Part shown: positions 37,128 to 44,680 of the stretch, in pieces
Layout: each line of letters starts with the position of its first letter
Numbering within the stretch: position 1 is the first letter of the stretch
NCBI GenBank assembly: GCA_942492765.1
Contig: OW818634.1
Span: 153,159 to 217,158 of the forward strand
Origin: an uncultured bacterium
Lineage (GTDB): Bacteria; Patescibacteriota; Patescibacteriia; Patescibacteriales; UBA12465
Length of the DNA: 64,000 bases
Reading direction: 5' to 3'
Program-made: the position numbers and the translations under genes
Notes under the pieces: model-generated
What the model saw: only the letters and a program-made list of their open reading frames with translations
Told to the model about the DNA's origin: nothing
Databases searched by the model: none

Positions 37128-37892
37128 TTATTTTTCTAAACTTAAGATTTCTTTAGCTAAACCCTCATAGGCTTTGCCGCCTTTTGATTTCGGATCATAA
37201 TGCAGGATAGAACGGCCATAGCTCGGCGCTTCGGCGAGCCGCACGCTGCGCGGGATGACGGAACGGAAGATGCGGTTCGGAAAATATTGATACAATTCGC
37301 CCATGACTGATTCGGATAATTTATTGCGGCGATCGAACATGGTAATGACCGCGCCCATGATGCCAAGAGTCGGTTTCAGGTTATTTTGAACCAAGCTGAT
37401 AGTTTCTAATAATTGGCTAAGGCCCTCCAGGGCATAATATTCGCTTTGGATAGGGATAAGGATTTCATCGGCCGCGACCAGGCTATTGACCGTTAGGAGT
37501 CCGAGAGAAGGCGGACCGTCGATAATGATATAATCGAAATCTTTCTTAACTTCTTCTAAGATATGGGCTAAGCGGAATTCGCGGTTCTCAAGAGTAACCA
37601 TCTCGACGCTCGCTCCTGATAAAGCGACGGTGGCCGGAGCGATATGCAGGCCTTTCTGAACCGTCCGCTTAATGACTTCAAATAGCGGCTTATTGCCAAT
37701 AAGGGCCTCATAGACGCCATGCTCGAGGGTACGGTGATCAAGACCGATGCCGGAAGTTGCGTTCGCCTGGGGGTCGATATCGACTAAAAGCACCCGTTTG
37801 CCCAGATGGGCCAGATAGGCGCTGAGATTAACTGAAGTCGTGGTTTTCCCGACTCCGCCTTTTTGGTTAACGATGGCGATTATTTTCCCCAT
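37128..37892 (-). CDS. parA: chromosome partitioning ATPase ParA/Soj
   Basis: Deviant Walker A VNQKGGVGKTTT, LLVDIDPQANAT, IIIDGPPSLG. Confidence 0.93.
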   Translation of the reverse strand: MGKIIAIVNQKGGVGKTTTSVNLSAYLAHLGKRVLLVDIDPQANATSGIGLDHRTLEHGVYEALIGNKPLFEVIKRTVQKGLHIAPATVALSGASVEMVTLENREFRLAHILEEVKKDFDYIIIDGPPSLGLLTVNSLVAADEILIPIQSEYYALEGLSQLLETISLVQNNLKPTLGIMGAVITMFDRRNKLSESVMGELYQYFPNRIFRSVIPRSVRLAEAPSYGRSILHYDPKSKGGKAYEGLAKEILSLEK

Positions 37893-37922
37893 ATGATGGT
37901 ATTATATAATAAAGAATCTCTT

Positions 37923-37951
37923 TTGACAATTAATATTTTATTTATTATACT
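37923..37951 (+). promoter_or_regulatory. sigma70-like promoter for tRNA-Leu
   Basis: TTGACA (37923-37928), 17 nt spacer, TATACT (37946-37951), 42 nt before the tRNA 5' end. Confidence 0.5.
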
Positions 37952-37992
37952 AGGGAAAGCAATTAATAGCCGAACTGGCTATTAGTAAGCGA

Positions 37993-38076
37993 GCCGCGAT
38001 GGCGGAATTGGTAGACGCGCACGACTCAAAATCGTGTGGGGGAGACTTCATGAGGGTTCGATTCCCTCTCGCGGCA
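37993..38076 (+). tRNA. tRNA-Leu (anticodon CAA)
   Basis: Acceptor GCCGCGA/TCGCGGC, anticodon arm CACGA-CTCAAAA-TCGTG, 15-nt variable arm (class II), T-arm GAGGG-TTCGATT-CCCTC, discriminator A. 84 nt, CCA not encoded. Confidence 0.9.
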
Positions 38077-38081
38077 CATAA

Positions 38082-38108
38082 AAAGACCCTGAAAGGGGTC
38101 TTTTTTTA
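38082..38108. terminator. rho-independent terminator
   Basis: Stem GACCC/GGGTC (38085-38089 / 38096-38100) followed by T7. Preceded by A4. Confidence 0.7.
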
Positions 38109-38127
38109 TACAATCACCAATATAATA

Positions 38128-38685
38128 TTATACCAAAGCCTCCTTTACTAATTGAGCTATCTTTGGATCAGAAAAATTTATTTTAGCTATCAGTTTTTGG
38201 GCCTCTGGAGAAAGTCGATTATACATAAATCTAATCTTTTCTTTTGTCCTTTCTTCACCATTTCTTTCCAAATAAAAAGGGATATTATAATCAAAATAAG
38301 CTAGGCTATCAGCGTTCATTAGCATGTCAGATTCTTTATCTCCTCCAAACTCATGATTCTCCACTAAATGCTTAACTTTGTTGATGATTTCTGGACTATA
38401 TGCGTATTTCCGCAGAATGTCAGTGATGAAGCTAGCAGATCTCAGGCAATGCTCTTTTTTAAATTCATTGATCTTTGAATAATCAACTAAATCTTTTTCG
38501 GTTATTCCGGTCATTGCCCTATCTATATCATGCGATAAAGCTGCTATCTTAAGGGCTTCATCTGCGGTCGGATTTATTTCTAGTATCCATTTCAAGACAA
38601 GCCGACCATGGGCAAGCTCAAAATCCAAAGGGGATTTTGGCAATATAGATTCTATTTCTTGTTTAACTATATTAAAATCGGACAT
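38128..38685 (-). CDS. HD-domain-like protein
   Basis: The start at MSDFNIVKQ (38685) avoids overlapping the upstream gene. It has an H...HD motif (AALSHDIDRA) and a later ENHEFGGD. The family is not confidently placed. Confidence 0.55.
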   Translation of the reverse strand: MSDFNIVKQEIESILPKSPLDFELAHGRLVLKWILEINPTADEALKIAALSHDIDRAMTGITEKDLVDYSKINEFKKEHCLRSASFITDILRKYAYSPEIINKVKHLVENHEFGGDKESDMLMNADSLAYFDYNIPFYLERNGEERTKEKIRFMYNRLSPEAQKLIAKINFSDPKIAQLVKEALV

Positions 38686-38689
38686 AATA

Positions 38690-39046
38690 CTATTGCGCTT
38701 TCTTAAATCTGACCGTAAAGATCGGCGCATATTCTACCTTATTCTCATCAACGATCTTAATAGGTTCGCCGCTCGTCAACTGACCGATAGCTAAATCGCT
38801 CAATAATTGATTATCTCCAGCAATGTTCAGTTTCAAGCCTTCGAGCTTGTCGAATTCTTCCTTGAAGTCAGAAGCGACCGTCGCCTCGATCTTTTTCTTC
38901 TTTAATTTCAAGACATTTAATTCTTCTAAGGTCTGCTGGTAATCGCCGTTAACCGAGAGGGCGTCGCGATACATGGTTTTTAATTCGCGCTGTTCTTTCT
39001 TCTTGTCTTGGATGCGCTTGAAGACATCGGGGAGAGCTTGAGCCAT
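38690..39046 (-). CDS. hypothetical coiled-coil protein
   Basis: 118-aa charged helical ORF. No motif recognised. Confidence 0.5.
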   Translation of the reverse strand: MAQALPDVFKRIQDKKKEQRELKTMYRDALSVNGDYQQTLEELNVLKLKKKKIEATVASDFKEEFDKLEGLKLNIAGDNQLLSDLAIGQLTSGEPIKIVDENKVEYAPIFTVRFKKAQ

Positions 39047-39108
39047 AATGATAGAAAATTAATTTTTATTACGCCCATCATTATAGCACAAAAAATAAAT
39101 AATCCAGA

Positions 39109-40197
39109 TTACTTCCAAGCAGCGATGATTCCGCCGCCTAAAACGCGCTTCTTATCATAGAAAACGACGCTTTGACCCGGAGTGACGGCCCGCTGCGGCT
39201 TATTAAAAGTAACGAGATAATCCGCCTTATTATTTGGCGCAACCGTGCAATTCACAGCCGCATGGCCATAGCGGATGACCGCACTGCACTTGAAGGCTTT
39301 CTTAGGCGCGCGGCCGGAGAGCCAATTAATTTTCTTGGCGACTAAGCCCTTCTCATATAAGATATTCTCGTTCCAATTCTTAACGACGTAAAGAATATTT
39401 TTCTTATAGTCGAATCTGGCCGCGTAATATGGACCCGTGCCGCCGACTAAACCGCGGCGCTGACCGATCGTATATAGCGGCAAACCCTGATGCTCGCCAA
39501 TCTTCTCATTCGTGCCTAATATCCTAATATCGCCCGGAACTAATTTAAGATATTTCTTCAAAAAATTGTTATGGCTGCCTGACAAAAAACAGATGTCCTG
39601 ACTTTCCGGCTTAGCCGCAACGGTGAGCTTGAACTTAGCCGCTAATTTCCGGACTTGCGGCTTAGTATAATTTCCTAACGGAAACATCAGATGCGCGAGT
39701 TCGTCAGGCGTGAAAGTATACAAGAAATAGGATTGATCCTTATTTTTATCCTTGGCCTTAAAAAGCTGATATGCGCGGCCAACTTTCTTGATATTGAGAT
39801 AGTGCCCTGAAGCGACATAATCAAAGCCGAGCGCGCGAGCATGCTTCAGTAATAAGCCGAGCTTAATCCGCTTATTGCAGACAACGCAAGGATTCGGCGT
39901 CCGGCCGGCCCCATATTCTTTTAAAAAATTATCTACGACCGCCTTCTTAAAAGGCTCTGAAAAATTAAAAGTATAAAGCGGGATGCCGATCTTATTCGCG
40001 ACCACCTTAGCGTCCAAGAGAGACTCGAGCGAGCAGCAACGATTCTCAGCTCCCGGCCCCATGGTCTCATCTTTCCAGAAATGCAAAAAGACGCCAGCGA
40101 CATCATATCCCTGGTTCTTCAAGAGCTGAGCCGCCACGCTGGAATCGACTCCGCCAGACATGGCGACGAGAATTTTTTTCTTACTTTTTACTTTCAT
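39109..40197 (-). CDS. mnmA: tRNA 2-thiouridine(34) synthase
   Basis: PP-loop ILVAMSGGVDSSVAA, catalytic Cys region (NPCVVCNKRIK, DQSYFL), full length. Confidence 0.93.
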   Translation of the reverse strand: MKVKSKKKILVAMSGGVDSSVAAQLLKNQGYDVAGVFLHFWKDETMGPGAENRCCSLESLLDAKVVANKIGIPLYTFNFSEPFKKAVVDNFLKEYGAGRTPNPCVVCNKRIKLGLLLKHARALGFDYVASGHYLNIKKVGRAYQLFKAKDKNKDQSYFLYTFTPDELAHLMFPLGNYTKPQVRKLAAKFKLTVAAKPESQDICFLSGSHNNFLKKYLKLVPGDIRILGTNEKIGEHQGLPLYTIGQRRGLVGGTGPYYAARFDYKKNILYVVKNWNENILYEKGLVAKKINWLSGRAPKKAFKCSAVIRYGHAAVNCTVAPNNKADYLVTFNKPQRAVTPGQSVVFYDKKRVLGGGIIAAWK

Positions 40198-41338
40198 GCA
40201 ATTCTTTAAATAATGCTAAATACTCGACAGCGGTTTTATTCCAAGAGAATATCTTAGCCCGCTCATAACCGGAATCTACTAGGCGGGCGCGTAATCCTTT
40301 ATCAGTCAAAATCATTTTCATTGCCTCGGCGAGCTCTTCAGATTTCTCCGGATTAATCATAATAGCGGCCTCGGCCACTATTTCAGGCAAACTGGAAACG
40401 TTAGAACAGACGACTGGCGCGCCATAAGTCATCGCCTCTAAAGGCGGGAAACCAAAACCTTCGTAATATGAAGGATAGGCAAAAACGGCTGCTTTGGAAT
40501 ATAATATTTCTTTTTCTTCTTGGCTGATATAGCCGAGGAACTTGATTTGATCCTTATAAGGAGAAGCTTGCCAATCGCTATAAATCTGGGCATCTTTCCA
40601 GCCCGGAGCACCAGCTAAGACTAGATCGATATTCTCGCCTCCGCGGCGCAGCTCATCATAAGCTTTGATCAGGCCGCTGATATTCTTACGTGGTTCGATA
40701 TTGCCGACGTAAAGGATAAACGGGCCGCTGACGCCCAGCTTATCCAAACAAGTTTTAGCCTTCTCTTCCGGCCAGGCTTTCTTAACAAGGTTGTTGCCAG
40801 AATAAATCACTCTGATCTTCGCAGCGTCAATGCCAGCCAGTTCAATAATATCATTCTTCGTATTCTCCGAAACCGCGATGATCATATCTGCTTCCTTCAT
40901 TATCTTCTTGACGCCGAGGGCTTTATGCCAAAAATTCTTGCGGCCGCTAAAAAATTGCGGATAGCGCAAGAAGGAGAGGTCATGGACCGTAATGACTTTC
41001 TTTAGCCCGGATTCCGAACCACTCAGGCTCGTGAAATTAAAATGCGGCGACCAGAAAACATCGACGCCGCCTAAAATCTGATCCAGGCGCGGATAACCGA
41101 AAACTTTCTGTAAGCAATAATTAAAGATCTTATTCGGATAATGCAGGCCGATAACCTGGGAATTAGGGCCGTTCCAGCTATCTAAGCGTCCGCCCAAATC
41201 ATGATAAGAATTATAAAAAAGCTTATATTCGCTAGTCCTATCCTGAGCCAATAAAGCCGATAATAAATTAGCGGTATATTCTGATATGCCGCTATAATGC
41301 TTATCCATTAGAACTCTGATATCTGCTCCGATTTTCAT
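40181..41338 (-). CDS. glycosyltransferase family 4 (GT-B)
   Basis: EX7E region YYEGFGFPPLEAMTYGAPVV. It overlaps mnmA by 17 nt. Confidence 0.85.
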   Translation of the reverse strand: MKIGADIRVLMDKHYSGISEYTANLLSALLAQDRTSEYKLFYNSYHDLGGRLDSWNGPNSQVIGLHYPNKIFNYCLQKVFGYPRLDQILGGVDVFWSPHFNFTSLSGSESGLKKVITVHDLSFLRYPQFFSGRKNFWHKALGVKKIMKEADMIIAVSENTKNDIIELAGIDAAKIRVIYSGNNLVKKAWPEEKAKTCLDKLGVSGPFILYVGNIEPRKNISGLIKAYDELRRGGENIDLVLAGAPGWKDAQIYSDWQASPYKDQIKFLGYISQEEKEILYSKAAVFAYPSYYEGFGFPPLEAMTYGAPVVCSNVSSLPEIVAEAAIMINPEKSEELAEAMKMILTDKGLRARLVDSGYERAKIFSWNKTAVEYLALFKELHESKK

Positions 41339-41362
41339 AATAATTTGCTGATATTTATGCCC

Positions 41363-41391
41363 TTGACAACTACCTGACCAAGAACTAATAT
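41363..41391 (+). promoter_or_regulatory. near-consensus sigma70 promoter driving the plus-strand ncRNA
   Basis: TTGACA (41363-41368), exactly 17 nt spacer, TAATAT (41386-41391). No plus-strand CDS follows. Confidence 0.6.
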
Positions 41392-41397
41392 AAGGCC

Positions 41398-41678
41398 AAG
41401 GCTTGATTAAGAAGAGTTAACATCAAAACCATTCTGTAAGCGGTTCACGAATCGCAAAGATATTAAACCTGGGTGTTATAACCTATTACTAATCAAGTCG
41501 CGACATGATTTTGAGGTCGGCACGTTAAAGAAAAAAATTCCTTTGTCTCTTGCCCGCCCGCCAGTCATAAGCATATGACCGCCTAAAGCGAAGCAAGGAT
41601 GGGGACGCCATACTAATCAGGTGCCGCAACCAATATCGAATCATGTCCGGGATAAGCAACAAGCTTATCCCTTTTTTT
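41398..41678 (+). ncRNA. candidate structured ncRNA of unknown class (about 280 nt)
   Basis: Bounded by the promoter above and an intrinsic terminator (GGGATAAGC-aacaa-GCTTATCCC + T7, 41649-41678). Long-range helices: 41400-41409 with 41490-41499, and 41502-41510 with 41639-41647, extended by 41515-41523 with 41621-41631. Internal hairpins GCGGTT-CACG-AATCGC and GTCATA-AGCA-TATGAC. The G-U pairs are compatible only with the plus strand. Confidence 0.5.
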
Positions 41679-42792
41679 ATTTTTCAGACTTACGCGCCGC
41701 GATAAACTCATTCATCTGGCGCTTAAAATTATCTACGGAAAATTGCTCGGCATGTGCGCGGATTGCTTTCGGATCATAAGCCCCTGATTTAAAGTCCCTG
41801 ATTACCGCTTCTAACCCTGCCGCAGTCTGGATATCAAAGAAGGCTCCGGTCTTCCCTTCTACAATTGTTTCGGTCGCTCCGCCCTTGCGATAAGCTATGA
41901 CCGGCCGACCGCTAGCCATGGATTCGACCGCCGTGATGCCGAAATCTTCTTCTTGCGGATTAATGAAGGCCTCGGCTCCTTGATAAAGGCGAGCTTTTTC
42001 TTCTTCGGTCACTCGGCCTAAGAATTCAATATTATTACTATCTCCAGCCAGGCTCTTCAATCGTTTCATATCCACGCCGTCGCCGAATATCTTAAGCTTA
42101 TAATCTTTACCCAGACTTTTAAAAGCTTCGACAACAATATCGATGCGCTTATACGGCGCTAAGCGGCAGCCGGCCAAGAAATATCTCTCGCTCTGCGCTT
42201 TGCCGGATAGATCAACAACAGAAAATTTCTCTGTTTCTACCGGCGGATAAATAACGACGGATTCACGGCGATAATATTTCATGATGCGTTTCTGGACAGT
42301 GACGGAATTAGCTATGAAAAAATCAACCCTATCGGCAGCGGCGCGATCCCAGAGACGGATGCGGCTGATGACGAGAGAAATGATCTTCTTGAACCATTTA
42401 TTATATTTAAGCTCATTCAGATACTCGTGAGTATCGCTCCAGAGATAGCGGGTCGGAGTGTGGCAATAGCAGATATGCAGGCAATCCGGCTTAGTGATGA
42501 CGCCCTTAGCAAAAGAGCTGGTATCGGAAATAACCAAGTCGTATTCCCCTAAATCAAAAAATTCCACGGCAATCGGCATGAAAGTCAGATACCATTGATA
42601 ATGCTTGACGCCGCCAGGCAATTTCTGAATGATGGAAGCCGCGACTTGGCGGCCGGCATAGCGGTCGATATTCTTCTTCTCATAAAGAAGCGTATATATC
42701 GGCGCGTCTTGGAACATATCGGCCAAGACTTGCAGGACCTTTTCGGCGCCGCCGTCTTGGGCGAGATGATCATGAATGAGAGCGGTTTTCAT
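41677..42792 (-). CDS. glycosyltransferase family 4 (GT-B)
   Basis: The start at MKTALIHDHLAQDGGAEKVL (42792) sits 5 nt after the upstream stop. EX7E-like region EDFGITAVESMASGRPVIA. Confidence 0.85.
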   Translation of the reverse strand: MKTALIHDHLAQDGGAEKVLQVLADMFQDAPIYTLLYEKKNIDRYAGRQVAASIIQKLPGGVKHYQWYLTFMPIAVEFFDLGEYDLVISDTSSFAKGVITKPDCLHICYCHTPTRYLWSDTHEYLNELKYNKWFKKIISLVISRIRLWDRAAADRVDFFIANSVTVQKRIMKYYRRESVVIYPPVETEKFSVVDLSGKAQSERYFLAGCRLAPYKRIDIVVEAFKSLGKDYKLKIFGDGVDMKRLKSLAGDSNNIEFLGRVTEEEKARLYQGAEAFINPQEEDFGITAVESMASGRPVIAYRKGGATETIVEGKTGAFFDIQTAAGLEAVIRDFKSGAYDPKAIRAHAEQFSVDNFKRQMNEFIAARKSEK

Positions 42793-42797
42793 GAGAT

Positions 42798-44213
42798 TTA
42801 TTCCGCTTCGCGATGCTTGAGCACGGCAAAGGGCGTTTTTAATAGGATAGAGATATCGAGTAGCATGGTCCAATTCTCGATATAGTAAATATCGAGCTTC
42901 GCCTCCTCTTCAAATAATAAATCGCTGCGGCCGGATACTTGCGCTAAGCCGGTAATGCCGGGCTTGATGGTCAAAGTCTTGCGATGATAATTCTCATACT
43001 TAGCGACTTCTTCCGGCAAGTGCGGGCGCGGTCCGACTAGGCTCATGCGGCCGATAAAGACTAGGAATAGCTCCGGCAGCTCGTCTATGGACCAGCGGCG
43101 GATGACCTTGCCGACACGGGTGATGCGCGGATCATCCTTGATCTTGACCATCGGGCCGTCGGTACGGATATTCCTATCAGCTAACTCGTTATAGCGCATG
43201 CTATCAGAATTAGGGATCATGGAACGGAACTTGAAATATTTGAACGGGGCGCCGCCTTCGCCGACGCGAGTCACGGGTTGGCCGTCATCGCGGCGCGAAA
43301 AGAAGATCGGTCCGCGAGAATCGAGCTTGATAGCCAGCATGGTTATCAGGATGATCGGAGACAGTATGATTATCAGGATAGAAGAAACGATGATATCAAA
43401 ACCGCGCTTCAGGATGCGGCCCCAGCCTTCTAGCGTCGTCCGCTTAACTTCGACGACCGGGATGCCGATGATCTCGGCGACTTCGGTCCTGAGAACCTTC
43501 ACTTCTAATAAATCGGCGACGTATTTGAAAGTCAGATGATTGTCGTTAGCAAAATCATAAAGGCGCAGGGTCTCCACTTTGCTCAGATTAGGATCGCTTT
43601 GGATGATCTCATCGACTTCCCTATCCTTGATGAACTCGGATAATTCCTGGACGGTTTCCAGAGAAAAATCACGGACGCGCTTGACGACCTCGAAGCCGGA
43701 CTTCTTGTTGCTAGAAAATTCTGCCATGAGATTGTCAGTCGTCTTGGAATTGCCGACGAGGATGACTTTATGGACGCCGATGCCTAAGATATATAAGCGG
43801 CGCTGGATAAAGCGGATGATGATATGGGCTAAGCTGATATAGACGACCGCAAAAAGCCAGCCGGCTAAAACGATAAAACGCGAATCAAATAATTCGCGCT
43901 GAAAGAAAATCATGACGGCGATGAGCGCCAAGCCGGTCGAACAAGCGAAAAATATCTTACGCAGCTCTTGAGCTAATTGGCGCGCGCCTCTGATCTGATA
44001 TAGGCCGGCGATGACAAAGATGACGGTCCACAAGACCGCGATAAGCGCGACCGAACGGAAATATTGCGGAAAAGGCAGATTGAAGATGACCGGACGAATA
44101 TTAGCCGACCATTCAGAAAATCTTAAATAGTAGGCTGACACTCCGGCAAGCAAGACCATGACAAAATCCACCGGAATGAAGAGCACGGAAAAGAATGACT
44201 CGATTTTTTTCAT
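42798..44213 (-). CDS. polyprenyl-phosphate glycosyl-1-phosphate transferase (bacterial sugar transferase, WbaP-like)
   Basis: Five N-terminal TM helices and a C-terminal catalytic domain with SLVGPRPHLPEEV...KPGITGLAQVSGRSDL. Confidence 0.9.
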   Translation of the reverse strand: MKKIESFFSVLFIPVDFVMVLLAGVSAYYLRFSEWSANIRPVIFNLPFPQYFRSVALIAVLWTVIFVIAGLYQIRGARQLAQELRKIFFACSTGLALIAVMIFFQRELFDSRFIVLAGWLFAVVYISLAHIIIRFIQRRLYILGIGVHKVILVGNSKTTDNLMAEFSSNKKSGFEVVKRVRDFSLETVQELSEFIKDREVDEIIQSDPNLSKVETLRLYDFANDNHLTFKYVADLLEVKVLRTEVAEIIGIPVVEVKRTTLEGWGRILKRGFDIIVSSILIIILSPIILITMLAIKLDSRGPIFFSRRDDGQPVTRVGEGGAPFKYFKFRSMIPNSDSMRYNELADRNIRTDGPMVKIKDDPRITRVGKVIRRWSIDELPELFLVFIGRMSLVGPRPHLPEEVAKYENYHRKTLTIKPGITGLAQVSGRSDLLFEEEAKLDIYYIENWTMLLDISILLKTPFAVLKHREAE

Positions 44214-44236
44214 ATGTGAAGTTTTTGTTGACTAAG

Positions 44237-44617
44237 GTTATTAGAGCAGCCGTAAGCCGGATTCTGTTCTAGCGATCATTTATCTAGGCCGGCCATTGCT
44301 GACAGGCTCAAGCGAGCTACTTTTTCTAACCCGCGAACGGATTAGTTTGCTCTTGCTTCTGATAGGGTTTACCACGGCATCTCCGTCGCCGGAGGCCGAA
44401 ACCGGTAGCCCCGAAGGACATCCAGCCACTTTTCACCTTTGATTCTGTCAAATAAATTCCAGAATTAGTATAGTCTCTGTGGCACTTTCCCTAATCTGCC
44501 TTGCGGCAGACCGGTGGGCGTTACCCACTATCATATTTGCTTATAAATAAACAAATTGCGAAGTCCGGACTTTCCTCTCTATTAAAAATAGAGCAATCGC
44601 CCGCTTACTCTAATAAC
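44237..44617 (-). ncRNA. rnpB: RNase P RNA, bacterial type A
   Basis: Minus strand: P1 GTTATTAGAG pairs with the 3' CTCTAATAAC. P3 hairpin CTCTATT-TTTA-ATAGAG. P4 GAGGAAAGTCCGGAC. GTGCCACAGAGA. GCTTGAGCC...GGCCTAGATAAATGA...ACAGAATCCGGCTTAC matches the universally conserved 3' core. Confidence 0.93.
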
Positions 44618-44623
44618 GTTTTC

Positions 44624-44652
44624 ATAATACAAGAAAAGCCGAAAAAAAGCAA
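44624..44652 (-). promoter_or_regulatory. sigma70-like promoter for rnpB
   Basis: Minus strand reads TTGCTT (44647-44652), 17 nt spacer, TATTAT (44624-44629). The 7th nt downstream is the G at 44617 that starts helix P1. Confidence 0.6.
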
Positions 44653-44680
44653 GAGAAAGGCCACCCGAAGGTGGCCTTTT
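44642..44680 (-). terminator. rho-independent terminator of the 1294-aa gene
   Basis: Stem AGGCCACC/GGTGGCCT (44658-44665 / 44670-44677), directly after the stop at 44681, followed on the minus strand by TTTCTCTTGCTTTTTTT. Confidence 0.7.

Noticed and set aside
36113-37990. parS site or replication-origin features near parAB/dnaE.
   Set aside because: I could not find a TGTTNCACGTGAAACA-like 16-mer or DnaA-box clusters by eye. No dnaA or dnaN gene is in the window. No claim is made.
41398-41678. Assignment of the orphan RNA to a known class: tmRNA, SRP/4.5S RNA, 6S RNA, or a cobalamin, glmS or T-box element.
   Set aside because: - None of the expected signatures is present: a GGAA-tetraloop/AGCA SRP domain IV, a tRNA-like end with tag ORF, a B12 box, a glmS core or a T-box motif.
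- No downstream plus-strand gene exists for a cis-regulator.
- It is left as unknown class.
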